64,000 nt of DNA from a virus. Location: the IMG/VR virus record IMGVR_UViG_3300009285_003056; one strand, written 5' to 3'. This document shows positions 1-10,120 of the stretch, in pieces; position 1 is the stretch's first letter, and each line of letters starts with the position of its first letter. The position numbers and the translations under genes were made by a program. A model generated the notes under the pieces. The model saw only the letters and a list, made by a program, of their open reading frames with translations, was not told where the DNA came from and did not search any database.

Positions 1-3000
1 GATCAGTGGACCGAGAGAATGCTGCGTCGAAGGCCCGCACATATTCATGGTCCCCAAGACAAACCGAATAGTCGGGTTGGTCAACCGTAATGTCTGCATC
101 TCCCGTTGACGGCCGATATGCTGCCCCAGCATCGGTGTAATTGTATTTGGGGAACATCAACCTACCAGCAGCCGGGAAAGGAGTCATTGCACCGTCAGTG
201 AGGGGTGGGTTGCGCAAGGGAAGACCAGCCACTTGGGCTTCTACCCCAAGAATGGGTACCCCGCTCTGATGTGATGACAATTGGACCCATGAGCAGTTAT
301 CCCAAAAGTTCACCCCAATAGTTGGGGCTCTGCCCGCACGGACTGGAACCTCTATGTACGCTGCGGCCCCTGCAAGCCCCGGCCCTGTCAGATGTACAGG
401 GGTACTGTAACCATTCCATGTAGACGAATACCTGTATATCTCGTCCAAAAAGACTTCTGTGACATCTTTATCCCATGTCTCCGTAGAAGCCAGGGCTAAC
501 CCACCTGACAACCAATTGCCGTACTTGGGGTTGACTGACATATCTGTAGTTGAGTGGTAAAGTATCTTTTTCACAGCCGGGGGATTCGGTGTAAGCAGTT
601 GTCCCCCATCGGGTGCATTGAGCAGATGGACTGTTTCTTGCCTCAACGGCCGTCTAAAGAAGGCCCTAAGTGTTGCATCATGCGTAAAGGAAGCTTCAAG
701 TCTATCTCCCTGGACTACAATAGCACCTGTGGTCAGGACAAAGGTGTCTGCTAAAGCCGGAGGTGCTGTAGGAGCAGGGATCAGAACTTTCTGATCATCC
801 TCAGTGTAAAGAGGATTCGTAACCGTATACTGATCCGTGAAGCAAAGTGGTGCAGTAGACAAGAATGCCAAGATAGACGATTCGTGCCTGCTCTGGTAAC
901 TGTTCCTGTTCCCCCCAGCCCCAAAGAGATTGTCCGCTGTAACAGTGGCATCTGAGATCAGGATTGCCGGATCACCTGGAGCGACAAGATTTCGTCTTGG
1001 CACGAAGTACTGGACACCCGAGACGAACATTGTATCGTCAACAACCCCGGCTGCATGTGTGAACGTAAAACCAGGGGCTGTAAACACAGGAACATCATCC
1101 GCTGTGGCCGGATCCATCCAGCAATTGGCCCGGAGTACATGATAGCTAGAGGACTCCTGCTCGGCCCAAGTTGGGGTGGGAGTAGCGTCCCCGTAAATGT
1201 TGAAGAGCGACTCGATATCACTCCAAGTGTCAATGTTCCGAGAGTATAGCCTATCATCCGTGGGGGCTACCCCATCTCGAATGAATTCCTCAAAGTACTG
1301 TTCCCGCTTGAAATGCAGCAGGAACCATGACCCAATCTCTTCGCTTGTTGTGAAAGTGAATCTGTGCCGATACCGAGCTACCTGATGGGGCCAATAGTCG
1401 GCCGGAAGGTTGGTATAGTCTCCAGCCTGTGTCAGATCAACAGTTGGATTCAGAGAAACTGCTGGCTTAAGGAAGTATCTATTCCGATAGTACTCTGGGG
1501 TGTACTTCAATCCGGTAGCAGTGGAATAGTCATTCAGATAGGGGAGCCGATAGTCAAAGAAGTTACCATCTGTTCCCCCGCCCAAGGCACCATTGTATAC
1601 CCCAAAGATCGGGATCCCGCCTGTAATGACCGTAACGCCAGCATCAGGATCAGTTCCTAGTCGTACCTGTCCCGGGAATGGCTGTTCTGTCCCTGTGTAG
1701 TTGTCAGTGTAGCAACCTACCTCTCTGATAACAGTCCCATCATTAACGGCTACTGTCACATTGACGGGTACTGTGAAATTGTCCACATCAACCCAAGTGA
1801 TAACGTGATCTCCATTGATCGCTGCGGAACCTACCCCCACCGTAGATGTGTTACCCGCAATCGTAATGATATCGCCGCTGGCATACCCATGCCCGGTGAC
1901 CTCTATATTCGTTGGGGACGCAACAGAGACAGAAACAATGCCCACAGGAACCAGAGGTTTTTTCTTTCCGTCCCAGTTACGATAGGGGGATCCTGCTGGG
2001 AAGGTATTCGGGGGGGACGCCCCATCCTTAACCACTCCCGTGAGCAATTCTTCTAAACCCGCCTGTCCTGTAGCCTGTCCATCCACTGCACCACCAATCA
2101 CCAACTCATTCGTTCCGTCTGCCTGGACAAAGGGGTGGAGAGCAAGAAGACCCGTGTCGGACTCGAAATCAGCAATAGATGTATGTGCCAATCCGGCGAA
2201 GTACCATTCCTCAGTCAAACCATTACCAGCAGGATCGTAAACTGTTACCCCGTCATTGATCGGAATCTGATCAAGAGGAGCCGTGTAGGGGAATGCATCC
2301 TGTGTATTCCCCATACCTCGCTGCCCCGTCCACAGGTTTCCATCCATAAGGAGTGGCTCTACTGTCAACTCCGTGGGAAGCGTCCCTGTAGAGACTGCAT
2401 TAGAAATCTCCCCTGCCTTGGTTCCCGCTGTTTGGGGGGCGTTGCTCCTGAAGTAGCACGATATCTGATAGCCTGTAGCCCCGTAGTTCGGAATGGGGTC
2501 TTGCGAGTAGTAGGTTACAGTACACGCCGTCTGTTCGGCCGAAATGGGGATAGCCCCAGTCACCACTATCTTGCGAGAACTAGAGCCAAACTCTGAGGCT
2601 GCTGCATCGATCACAGGGTTGGTTCCGGCTGGACCATCAGCCACTGCATACAGAGCCGTGTAGTCTCTGCCCCCGTAGACACGTCGAGGATAGATTAGCG
2701 TATCAGTGTTCCTACTGACAAAAGTATCGATGATGATCCCACCTGCAGCATTGTTTGCCACATACTCCAGGGCCGTCTCTCGATACCCCTCTCGAAGCAT
2801 CTGCCCTAGGGGTTCTGCCATGTCCCCGGGTCTTTGAGTCTGGTCGCTCTCAAAGATAGCCTGATTCCGTCCAGCGGCCCTTCCATACGGGAACACAGTA
2901 GGCGCCGGAGAGAGCTGAACATCCGGAGTATCTGTCAAGCCGCTGCCTAAAGGATACTGGACTTCAAATTCGATAAAGATCCGTCGTTCAGACCCTTGAT

Positions 3001-4417
3001 CCGCTGCATCGCCCAGGGACAGGACCACCTGATGCTCCGGTGAACCTGCAACCGCCAATCCTTCTGTAGTCAAACTGGGGTTGGCATCCAAAGTGATAGT
3101 TACATGATCCGTTCCTAGCCCCACTATCACGGTAGGCTGGACATGCTGATCCATAGGACCAGCCGGACCATCATAGTTGCCTTCATCATGATAGATGGAA
3201 ACCACATCCGTGATGATAGTGCCTGGAGGCATACATTGGGTCACTGAAAGAGTCGGGGGGGCACCCGAGATAGGCGTTCCACCATCATATGTAGCCCCTG
3301 AAGTTACAGCAGAGAAGTTGGCTAGATTCCAGTGTAGGGCGTCCCCCTCTTCCCACCGATACTGAGAGAAGAACCCTGTAGTGTTCTTGACCACATATTT
3401 CCCGTTGTTGATAACTCCAGGCCCGCCATTCCCAACCACAGTGCCCCCGATTCCAGCAGGAGCATCTAGGGTGGCATCATAGGGGATCGTGAAAATGGTG
3501 GGTGAAATGATGCCATTGACGACCCAGGCACCAATAAGGTTGACGTTCAAGGCTCCTGCAATTGTAATGGGGTCCCCAATCGCAAGACCATGAGCGGTTG
3601 CCGTAGTAATCTGTACGGGGTTGGAATTGTCAGAGGCATTGATGTTTCGAGAGTACGTCGTTCCAACCTGGCGATCCCTTGGGTAGAAGGCAACAACCAC
3701 CCGCTCAGAGACGGGCTGATCCCCGAACCGTCTAGAGACGTGATCAAAGTTTCGTATCAGCACACCCCTATTAGTGGTGCCTGAGACGGGAGCAACACCG
3801 CCAAGGGGACCAGATCGCCCCACCTCATTGCAAACTAGATGCTGTGTGGAGATATCTCCCGAACCATTACCCAAAGTTTGCTTATCTGCCCCATCTATGG
3901 CCCAAGTCTTGTAATTCCCATCCAAAAGGGATTGCATCTGATGCTGCAATTCCATTTTCAAGTCGAAACTAGACGGGGAGACTGAACGTCTCAGGTCCAG
4001 GATGTCCTGGATGTTGATCGCATCGTTGAATGCACCATCGGGTCTATCCGATGTATTGGCTGGAATAGGAACCCCAAGGTGGGGATGAACCGGAACCAAA
4101 GCATGGTTGTAGTGAAGCCCACCATTGGTATTATTCAGGGGATCAAAGTAGTCATCATTCCGTCTGAACACCATGCAAATCGGAATAGCGTACACGAATC
4201 CATCCAACGTACCCAAAGCCACCGCAGATACCGATGAACCATCTCCTGCAATCCAAAGTCCATTATCTACCACACCATAATCCGTCGAATCCGTATTCAA
4301 CCAAGTGGTTGAGTTATCGGCCGGAACAAAGGGATAGAGTGCTACGGGAGCTGCCTGAGATCCCTGAGCTAGAATAGCAGTTGCACCTGCTGCTGAGAAC
4401 CCATCTCTGAAGATCAT
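1..4417 (-). CDS. Large virion structural protein (baseplate/fibre-associated), >1472 aa, 3' end outside the window
   Basis: ATG at 4415-4417 with GAGG upstream and an in-frame TGA six codons further upstream. It begins MIFRDGFSAAGATAILAQGSQAAPVALYPFVPAD...WIAGDGS...GTLDGFVYAIPICMVFRRND and still reads openly at the left edge (...LGDHEYVRAFDAAFSRSTD). I translated only parts; the track lists no terminated ORF in this frame, which is consistent with no stop before base 1. Confidence 0.8.
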   Translation of the reverse strand, partial: MIFRDGFSAAGATAILAQGSQAAPVALYPFVPADNSTTWLNTDSTDYGVVDNGLWIAGDGSSVSAVALGTLDGFVYAIPICMVFRRNDDYFDPLNNTNGGLHYNHALVPVHPHLGVPIPANTSDRPDGAFNDAINIQDILDLRRSVSPSSFDLKMELQHQMQSLLDGNYKTWAIDGADKQTLGNGSGDISTQHLVCNEVGRSGPLGGVAPVSGTTNRGVLIRNFDHVSRRFGDQPVSERVVVAFYPRDRQVGTTYSRNINASDNSNPVQITTATAHGLAIGDPITIAGALNVNLIGAWVVNGIISPTIFTIPYDATLDAPAGIGGTVVGNGGPGVINNGKYVVKNTTGFFSQYRWEEGDALHWNLANFSAVTSGATYDGGTPISGAPPTLSVTQCMPPGTIITDVVSIYHDEGNYDGPAGPMDQHVQPTVIVGLGTDHVTITLDANPSLTTEGLAVAGSPEHQVVLSLGDAADQGSERRIFIEFEVQYPLGSGLTDTPDVQLSPAPTVFPYGRAAGRNQAIFESDQTQRPGDMAEPLGQMLREGYRETALEYVANNAAGGIIIDTFVSRNTDTLIYPRRVYGGRDYTALYAVADGPAGTNPVIDAAASEFGSSSRKIVVTGAIPISAEQTACTVTYYSQDPIPNYGATGYQISCYFRSNAPQTAGTKAGEISNAVSTGTLPTELTVEPLLMDGNLWTGQRGMGNTQDAFPYTAPLDQIPINDGVTVYDPAGNGLTEEWYFAGLAHTSIADFESDTGLLALHPFVQADGTNELVIGGAVDGQATGQAGLEELLTGVVKDGASPPNTFPAGSPYRNWDGKKKPLVPVGIVSVSVASPTNIEVTGHGYASGDIITIAGNTSTVGVGSAAINGDHVITWVDVDNFTVPVNVTVAVNDGTVIREVGCYTDNYTGTEQPFPGQVRLGTDPDAGVTVITGGIPIFGVYNGALGGGTDGNFFDYRLPYLNDYSTATGLKYTPEYYRNRYFLKPAVSLNPTVDLTQAGDYTNLPADYWPHQVARYRHRFTFTTSEEIGSWFLLHFKREQYFEEFIRDGVAPTDDRLYSRNIDTWSDIESLFNIYGDATPTPTWAEQESSSYHVLRANCWMDPATADDVPVFTAPGFTFTHAAGVVDDTMFVSGVQYFVPRRNLVAPGDPAILISDATVTADNLFGAGGNRNSYQSRHESSILAFLSTAPLCFTDQYTVTNPLYTEDDQKVLIPAPTAPPALADTFVLTTGAIVVQGDRLEASFTHDATLRAFFRRPLRQETVHLLNAPDGGQLLTPNPPAVKKILYHSTTDMSVNPKYGNWLSGGLALASTETWDKDVTEVFLDEIYRYSSTWNGYSTPVHLTGPGLAGAAAYIEVPVRAGRAPTIGVNFWDNCSWVQLSSHQSGVPILGVEAQVAGLPLRNPPLTDGAMTPFPAAGRLMFPKYNYTDAGAAYRPSTGDADITVDQPDYSVCLGDHEYVRAFDAAFSRSTD

Positions 4418-4446
4418 TGTGTGAACCTCATTCTTTCAAATGTCGA

Positions 4447-4557
4447 GGTGGGATTTCCGGGAATTCCAAGGGTCTTACATCCTAACCAATCCCCTCTCGA
4501 AAACAGGGACGGAGATCACAAAGCGCAAGAAACCTAAATCAATCCGTCAATCCCACC
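4447..4557 (-). repeat. Intergenic long hairpin element, copy 1 (contains the 56-bp core at 4485-4540)
   Basis: Perfect 9-bp inverted repeat GGTGGGATT (4447-4455) / AATCCCACC (4549-4557). The core ACCAATCCCCTCTCGAAAACAGGGACGGAGATCACAAAGCGCAAGAAACCTAAATC matches 52798-52853 at 53/56 nt. Confidence 0.8.
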
Positions 4558-4599
4558 AAACCTCTACCACTCTACCGTCTATAACGTTTCTAACGACTC

Positions 4600-7500
4600 C
4601 TAGTTAGCAGAGCCCAAGTTCCAACTGTACCGCCCAGCAGCGGGTAGAGCAGAACCCCCCACGAATGTACGGCCGCTACCAGATACAGGAACACCCGTTG
4701 GTTGAGCCGTAGATGCCCCATAAAAGCACGAACCATGAGTGAAGGGCAATCCCACAGGGACACCCCCAATCTCAGGCCCTATGATCTCTTGGGGGCCTGG
4801 AATGAGCGAATTCATCCCGCCCCACGGTCCAAATCTCGAATAGTCCCCACCTACTTCAAAGGTGGCATAGACGTTACCATGTCCATGGGCTGGGGGGACT
4901 ACTGGCACTCCACCGATAGTTGGTGTACCGTTAGGGCTCGGTAATGGGTCACCTACATGTTTCGTCGGCGGGAACTCATCGGCGTAGACATTCAAGATGT
5001 CCACTTCGGTAAGATCCTGTGACACGAGTCCTATTGCATCGGTCAGGACAGATGTCATAGACATCTTCCACTGCAACTCCAGGTTCAAACCCCCCTCACC
5101 GAGGACTTGTGCCTTATCTGCCCCTAATGTGGGATAGAAGATCGATGTCCCTGGCCCAAAGGTGCCCCCTATGAAACCACCCCCAGAAAACAGACGGAAC
5201 GATGCCTGAGAGAACCCCTTCTTGGGCGAATTGAGTTTTTCGTTGAACAAGGCGCCACTCAAATCTATCTCAGCCCATTCATCAAATGGTGTCTTGATGA
5301 GTCCCGTCTGGCCCCCATTGGTGACTTGAGTGAAAGTCAAGTCTGTGTACAGGGCATCTGGGTCCGCCGAGAAATCCCGATATCTATAGGGATTGTTGAA
5401 GATCGTATCTGGAGCACCCAATGGAGTCAGTGGGTTGTTTACCTGAGTGCCAAACTGCACGGAAGCAACATCTGGGCCTGCCTGATGCATCTGGTAAGGT
5501 GGTGTCCCTTCATTGAGCAAGATGCTAGAGTCCAGAAGGGGCTGCCCCTCCAGGTAAGTCATGGTGATAGGATTACCTGGAGCAAAGACGACTGTGATCG
5601 GAACATGATCCCCCGAGAAGGAAACCTCATTGCCTTCTGAATCAGGGACCAAAGAGATCAACTGTAGAGTGGGATCAAATGTCCAGAAAGTGGATGAAAT
5701 GAGTTGCCCATTGTCTATGACAGAGAATACCCTTGACGCATTGATTCTTGTGGGAGTCAGAGTGACGTGCTTATTGTCCAGAGATGTGATCACCACATTC
5801 TCTGGGGTAACATCCCTTGTCTGTTCCGCCGAAGTAATGACACTGTACTGGTTGAAAACCATGTGTTCGGCTGAACGATAGTCCGTATCTTTCCAGTTGT
5901 AGATACGATAACGGACTTCCTTCCACCGCTGCTGACTCAAGGATTTGGGGTCCAGAGACCCAAAGCTTACTGACCCGAAAGTCTGTGCTGTAGTTACTCT
6001 AGGTATCCATTGGGTCTCGACACGAATCCAAGCGGCGGATGGCTCTGTAATGTCAGTAGCAAAGTCCCCAGTAAAGAAAGGCGGTAGCGGCAAATCCGGC
6101 CGGAAGACAGATACTCCCCACCCTGCATCCCAATGGATACGCACATCCATCTGACTTCGCCAGTCCATCTCTTCGATGATAGCGGATGGAGACGAGTTCA
6201 ACTCATCTGTCACATCGGTACGTGGTATCTGCCAGGAATCTATGTCAGAAAGAGACCCACCCAGCCAGACCCCAATCGTTCTTTTGGCGTCCAGAGGTGG
6301 GGCCATGTGGTAGTGAACGTAGTCCCATAGAGTGGTAACGGAATCCGACTCGCACCCAAAGGCCACATCGTTGTGGACCGAGTAGGCATCGAAAAGGGCC
6401 AATCCTGTTGGGGGGTAGAGCACATCGTCAATGTAAAGCAGAACGTTTGACGCTTCCCAGTCAATCAGGACTCGATACGTATGGAACCCACCATCTGCCC
6501 AATTGAAAGTGTAGTCTTGAAGAGTTGGGCCGCTGGAGATGACGTTGGTGAAAGATACTACAGCAGTGGCCCCCACTTTCCGTAAGGTCAGGTTAACCAA
6601 CTTGTTGTCGAACCCATCTCCAGCCGAACCACTCAAATAGATGCCCGTGTAGGCATTGGCAGAGAACGTGGTATCTGTCTTAAACCGTGCTTCAAGGACA
6701 CGACTCTTGGGAATCGGGGGTGTCACCCCTGTCAAATCAATTGTACCCCGATAACCCCCCACGGAGCTTAAGGTGAGAGTCTTTATATCCACCCGTGCAG
6801 TAGGTACAGCAGTTGTGGCCAACCATAGGGTCGGATTCAACTCCCATGCCCGAGTTGGGTCATCCGTAGGCACATACAAACACGACGCCGAAACGGATGG
6901 GGCATCAACCAATCTACGGGGCAGCACCCCAAAAGCTTCTCGATAGAGCAAAGTGCCTAAAAGAACTTGCCGATTGGTGTTCTGTACTATTACCTGTAGG
7001 TCTCCCGACCCAAGGGTTCCCGAATCCACTTGGAAAGTGGTGTCTACATCGACATTGATTCCCGGTTGGATGAAGGGTTCGATACGAGCATACCCATAAG
7101 AGAAATCTTGCTGAGTGGATTCAGCTGTATGTTTCAATAGGAGTCGATTGGTCGGCCCCTCAATCTCATCGTACCCGAAGCCTTGCGTCCTGAACCATTC
7201 AGAGTTTGGGTCTTCCCTTGGGATGTCACTCATCTCAGAGGCTACAACCAGGCCCCTCCCATGGATAGCCCTTTGATCCGGCTGCACCCCATATCGGAAG
7301 AAAGACCACGTAGAGTTGTTAGTAGCCCAAGTGGAAAGGGACCCCCAAAACGCCTGTCCGTCTCCATCCGCTAAGAGCATCAAGTCAGTCTGTGCTGGAT
7401 CAGGATAGGGGGTAGCCTTTGTCAATGACAGGAATGTCCCCGAAATATCCCCACTGACATAGAGGGTGCAAGTCCCCAATTTGGGATTGGCTGTGATCCG

Positions 7501-10104
7501 GTAAGTTAGGGGCTCTGAGAACACCACCTCGAAGTAGGTATCAAAGTATCTGTTCCCCCACCAATTGGGGTCAGCCGGGAAAGCACCTGAAATCGTGACA
7601 GTCGAATACCCATCGGATTGGACAGTAACAGAAGCCAATGTGTAGACACCTGTTTGGCTTCCCACGATGATCTGGAAACGATCCCCTGCAGACAGTCCCG
7701 TAGGGAGATTGGCAGTAAGAGCCTTGAAGGATGTGGTTGACAGTATTTCTATGGCAACCTTGGGGCCAACTTCCCAGGATGCAAACTCTTGGGGCTTTGT
7801 GGCGTCCTTCAACAAACCAACATGTTGGACACCATTCAGAACCAGACAACCCATGAGGAAAATTCTGCGGTTGTCATGGATACCAAATCCCACACCCGTG
7901 AAGACTCCATGAGGAACGTAAGAGTTGACCTTGAACCTACCTGCTACCACCGTGGCAGAAGGGAAAGTCAGATCAACTTCTCTGTACCAGACAGCAGCCG
8001 TTCCGACCCCATAGGAACCCGATTCGGTATCAATGACCGTATATGTCCCTGCCCCAACGTCAACATGCCCCAGATCCTCACCTAAAAGCGTCCATGGGGA
8101 ATTGGCATCTGTAGGGAGAGTCAACCCATCGAAAGATACAGAAGTCGGATTGGGGATAGTCTCAAATCCAGGGACTGCTACAGAATGGGGGTTCTGGTTG
8201 AATAAGAGCAGTGTGGGATTGTTCATAGCGGCAGTATATGCCCTGTCCAACGCCATGAACCGATGCCCAATCAACAGAGGTTCTGGTCTGTCTACTGGCC
8301 CCATGACGAGTCGCATGGGGAAGGGCATCTGATCCGGACACCCCTTGGGGTGGGTCAAATCCTGTATCTGCTCACCATGTGCCGGAGGGTAGGTATGCCC
8401 CCCTGGGAAACTCCACTGATTGAACACAGACCCAATGGTGTTGTAACCGCCCATTGCGAAAATGGGGTTCAGCATCCATTTGTAGTCCACAGTGACCGTC
8501 ATGGCCCCAGGGACCATCAGCGGAATTGGGATTACGGTCTCGATCTTCCCAATATACGGATTGACGGCTCGTACCTCTACTGCAACCCCATTGACTCGTA
8601 CAGTAACGTCATTCTTGGTCGCTGGGGTTGGGTCACCCCAATCCTTGGTGAGAGGACCATGTTCTGTCAACAAGGCGTCCCTAGCTAAGAGCCCTGATCC
8701 TGCTAGAGTGCTGAGACTTCCGTGAAGGAAGTTCCATGCTGAAGACCACACGGTATCACTGGCAGTCACTGTTGCAAACAGGAGCTTGAAGCCCGCCAAC
8801 TCATAACCAGCCAAGAGAGTCAGAGAGATGCCGGAGAAGGAACCGCCCCCGATGAAAGATGCTATTGCTGTAGTGACGAAAGGAACCCCATTCATAAGGA
8901 ATGTGTAGGTGGATGCTTGTTGGTTCCTGACGATCGAAAGGGTCTTTGCCCCCCCCGTGCTCCAAGTCACAGCATACGTGCCCAACCCTGTGATACTGAT
9001 TGCATCAGCCCCTGCTACTCGTGTGAGACGAATAGCCCCTACAGCATCGGTTCCGTCATCTGCTAATATCTCAGCAAAGGGCAGCCCATTCTGGAGCAAT
9101 GGGAAAATCTGCATCCCAGCTGGATTGAACTCTATGTCCATCCGATAAGTAGATGTGTTTGTGACTTTCCCTGTACTGTCCCCAAATTGCCACCCGTAGG
9201 CATTGGCCAGCAATTTGGAGAGAGTGATGTATCCGCCCCCTACAGAAGTTGAACCAGTTCCTATAGTTGTACCTATAAAGGTGGTCGCTGCACTTGGAAG
9301 GTAAGTACCGTCATAATCGAAAGCTTCTGCCTGAGTGACCTCACAGGCATAATTGAGTGCCGTCATACCCTTAACAGACAGGAGCACTCTTGAAGCGTCC
9401 CCCAAATAGGGGTGGGTCACAGTTACTGCCTCTAGGTCCACAGGATAGGCAGGGGTCGAAGTAAAAGTGAAGTTGGTTAGAGTTGTGATCCCTGCATGGA
9501 GCATATCCTGAGCAAAATCCAGAAGAACTGTGTTCCCTGAAAGTGCCGTGGCTATATAAGACGGGGGTTCCCCTAACGCCAAGAGAACCACTTTGTTCGA
9601 CTGGTGGTAAATGACATTGAAAGGATCAGCAGGGTTCTCTACCACCAGAGGGGGGATCACCATTGGATTCCCACTGATGTCTTTGATTCCCTGGACCACT
9701 CGGATTCGATAGACACCTCCGAGAGTGGTTCCCGAGTGGTCTACATAGACGGAAAGGGCACCTGATGATGTGATCCCGGCATAGACATCAACTGCACTTA
9801 CTGTTGCCACTGAGACAGATTGAACAGTTACAGTAGCTCCACCAAAGATAGGCTCGATTGCATAAGAAGTCGTAGCCAATAGATTGGCATCTGCCAGACT
9901 CATAGGCTCAGAGAAGAATAACTCGACCCTAAATCCTGTCTGACAGACTGCCGTGGTAGCAATGGGTGCTATGGTATCTACGGAGCCATAAGAATCTACT
10001 CCATAGGAATCCCCACCATAACCGGAATCCACAGTGAAGGGATCGCCTGGACCGAGACCACTACCAAATCCACTGATACCGAACGGTGATAGCCCAAAAG
10101 CCAT
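4600..10104 (-). CDS. Very large virion structural protein (~1834 aa) with N-terminal Ig-like domains and probable beta-sandwich/lectin-like domains; baseplate wedge or fibre
   Basis: Long ORF. The start is reassigned to MAFGLSPFG at 10104 because GAGGAG lies just upstream, after the stop of the previous gene. APIATTAVCQTGFRVELFFSEPM... resembles an Ig-like (Big) fold, the protein is rich in beta-forming residues, and it lies downstream of the baseplate genes. Confidence 0.65.
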   Translation of the reverse strand: MAFGLSPFGISGFGSGLGPGDPFTVDSGYGGDSYGVDSYGSVDTIAPIATTAVCQTGFRVELFFSEPMSLADANLLATTSYAIEPIFGGATVTVQSVSVATVSAVDVYAGITSSGALSVYVDHSGTTLGGVYRIRVVQGIKDISGNPMVIPPLVVENPADPFNVIYHQSNKVVLLALGEPPSYIATALSGNTVLLDFAQDMLHAGITTLTNFTFTSTPAYPVDLEAVTVTHPYLGDASRVLLSVKGMTALNYACEVTQAEAFDYDGTYLPSAATTFIGTTIGTGSTSVGGGYITLSKLLANAYGWQFGDSTGKVTNTSTYRMDIEFNPAGMQIFPLLQNGLPFAEILADDGTDAVGAIRLTRVAGADAISITGLGTYAVTWSTGGAKTLSIVRNQQASTYTFLMNGVPFVTTAIASFIGGGSFSGISLTLLAGYELAGFKLLFATVTASDTVWSSAWNFLHGSLSTLAGSGLLARDALLTEHGPLTKDWGDPTPATKNDVTVRVNGVAVEVRAVNPYIGKIETVIPIPLMVPGAMTVTVDYKWMLNPIFAMGGYNTIGSVFNQWSFPGGHTYPPAHGEQIQDLTHPKGCPDQMPFPMRLVMGPVDRPEPLLIGHRFMALDRAYTAAMNNPTLLLFNQNPHSVAVPGFETIPNPTSVSFDGLTLPTDANSPWTLLGEDLGHVDVGAGTYTVIDTESGSYGVGTAAVWYREVDLTFPSATVVAGRFKVNSYVPHGVFTGVGFGIHDNRRIFLMGCLVLNGVQHVGLLKDATKPQEFASWEVGPKVAIEILSTTSFKALTANLPTGLSAGDRFQIIVGSQTGVYTLASVTVQSDGYSTVTISGAFPADPNWWGNRYFDTYFEVVFSEPLTYRITANPKLGTCTLYVSGDISGTFLSLTKATPYPDPAQTDLMLLADGDGQAFWGSLSTWATNNSTWSFFRYGVQPDQRAIHGRGLVVASEMSDIPREDPNSEWFRTQGFGYDEIEGPTNRLLLKHTAESTQQDFSYGYARIEPFIQPGINVDVDTTFQVDSGTLGSGDLQVIVQNTNRQVLLGTLLYREAFGVLPRRLVDAPSVSASCLYVPTDDPTRAWELNPTLWLATTAVPTARVDIKTLTLSSVGGYRGTIDLTGVTPPIPKSRVLEARFKTDTTFSANAYTGIYLSGSAGDGFDNKLVNLTLRKVGATAVVSFTNVISSGPTLQDYTFNWADGGFHTYRVLIDWEASNVLLYIDDVLYPPTGLALFDAYSVHNDVAFGCESDSVTTLWDYVHYHMAPPLDAKRTIGVWLGGSLSDIDSWQIPRTDVTDELNSSPSAIIEEMDWRSQMDVRIHWDAGWGVSVFRPDLPLPPFFTGDFATDITEPSAAWIRVETQWIPRVTTAQTFGSVSFGSLDPKSLSQQRWKEVRYRIYNWKDTDYRSAEHMVFNQYSVITSAEQTRDVTPENVVITSLDNKHVTLTPTRINASRVFSVIDNGQLISSTFWTFDPTLQLISLVPDSEGNEVSFSGDHVPITVVFAPGNPITMTYLEGQPLLDSSILLNEGTPPYQMHQAGPDVASVQFGTQVNNPLTPLGAPDTIFNNPYRYRDFSADPDALYTDLTFTQVTNGGQTGLIKTPFDEWAEIDLSGALFNEKLNSPKKGFSQASFRLFSGGGFIGGTFGPGTSIFYPTLGADKAQVLGEGGLNLELQWKMSMTSVLTDAIGLVSQDLTEVDILNVYADEFPPTKHVGDPLPSPNGTPTIGGVPVVPPAHGHGNVYATFEVGGDYSRFGPWGGMNSLIPGPQEIIGPEIGGVPVGLPFTHGSCFYGASTAQPTGVPVSGSGRTFVGGSALPAAGRYSWNLGSAN

Positions 10105-10120
10105 TGACTTGGATCTCCTC

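Noticed and set aside
4447-4557. MITE interpretation of the repeated 56-bp element
   Set aside because: The terminal inverted repeats differ between the two copies and I saw no target-site duplication. It is kept as a structured element of unknown type.
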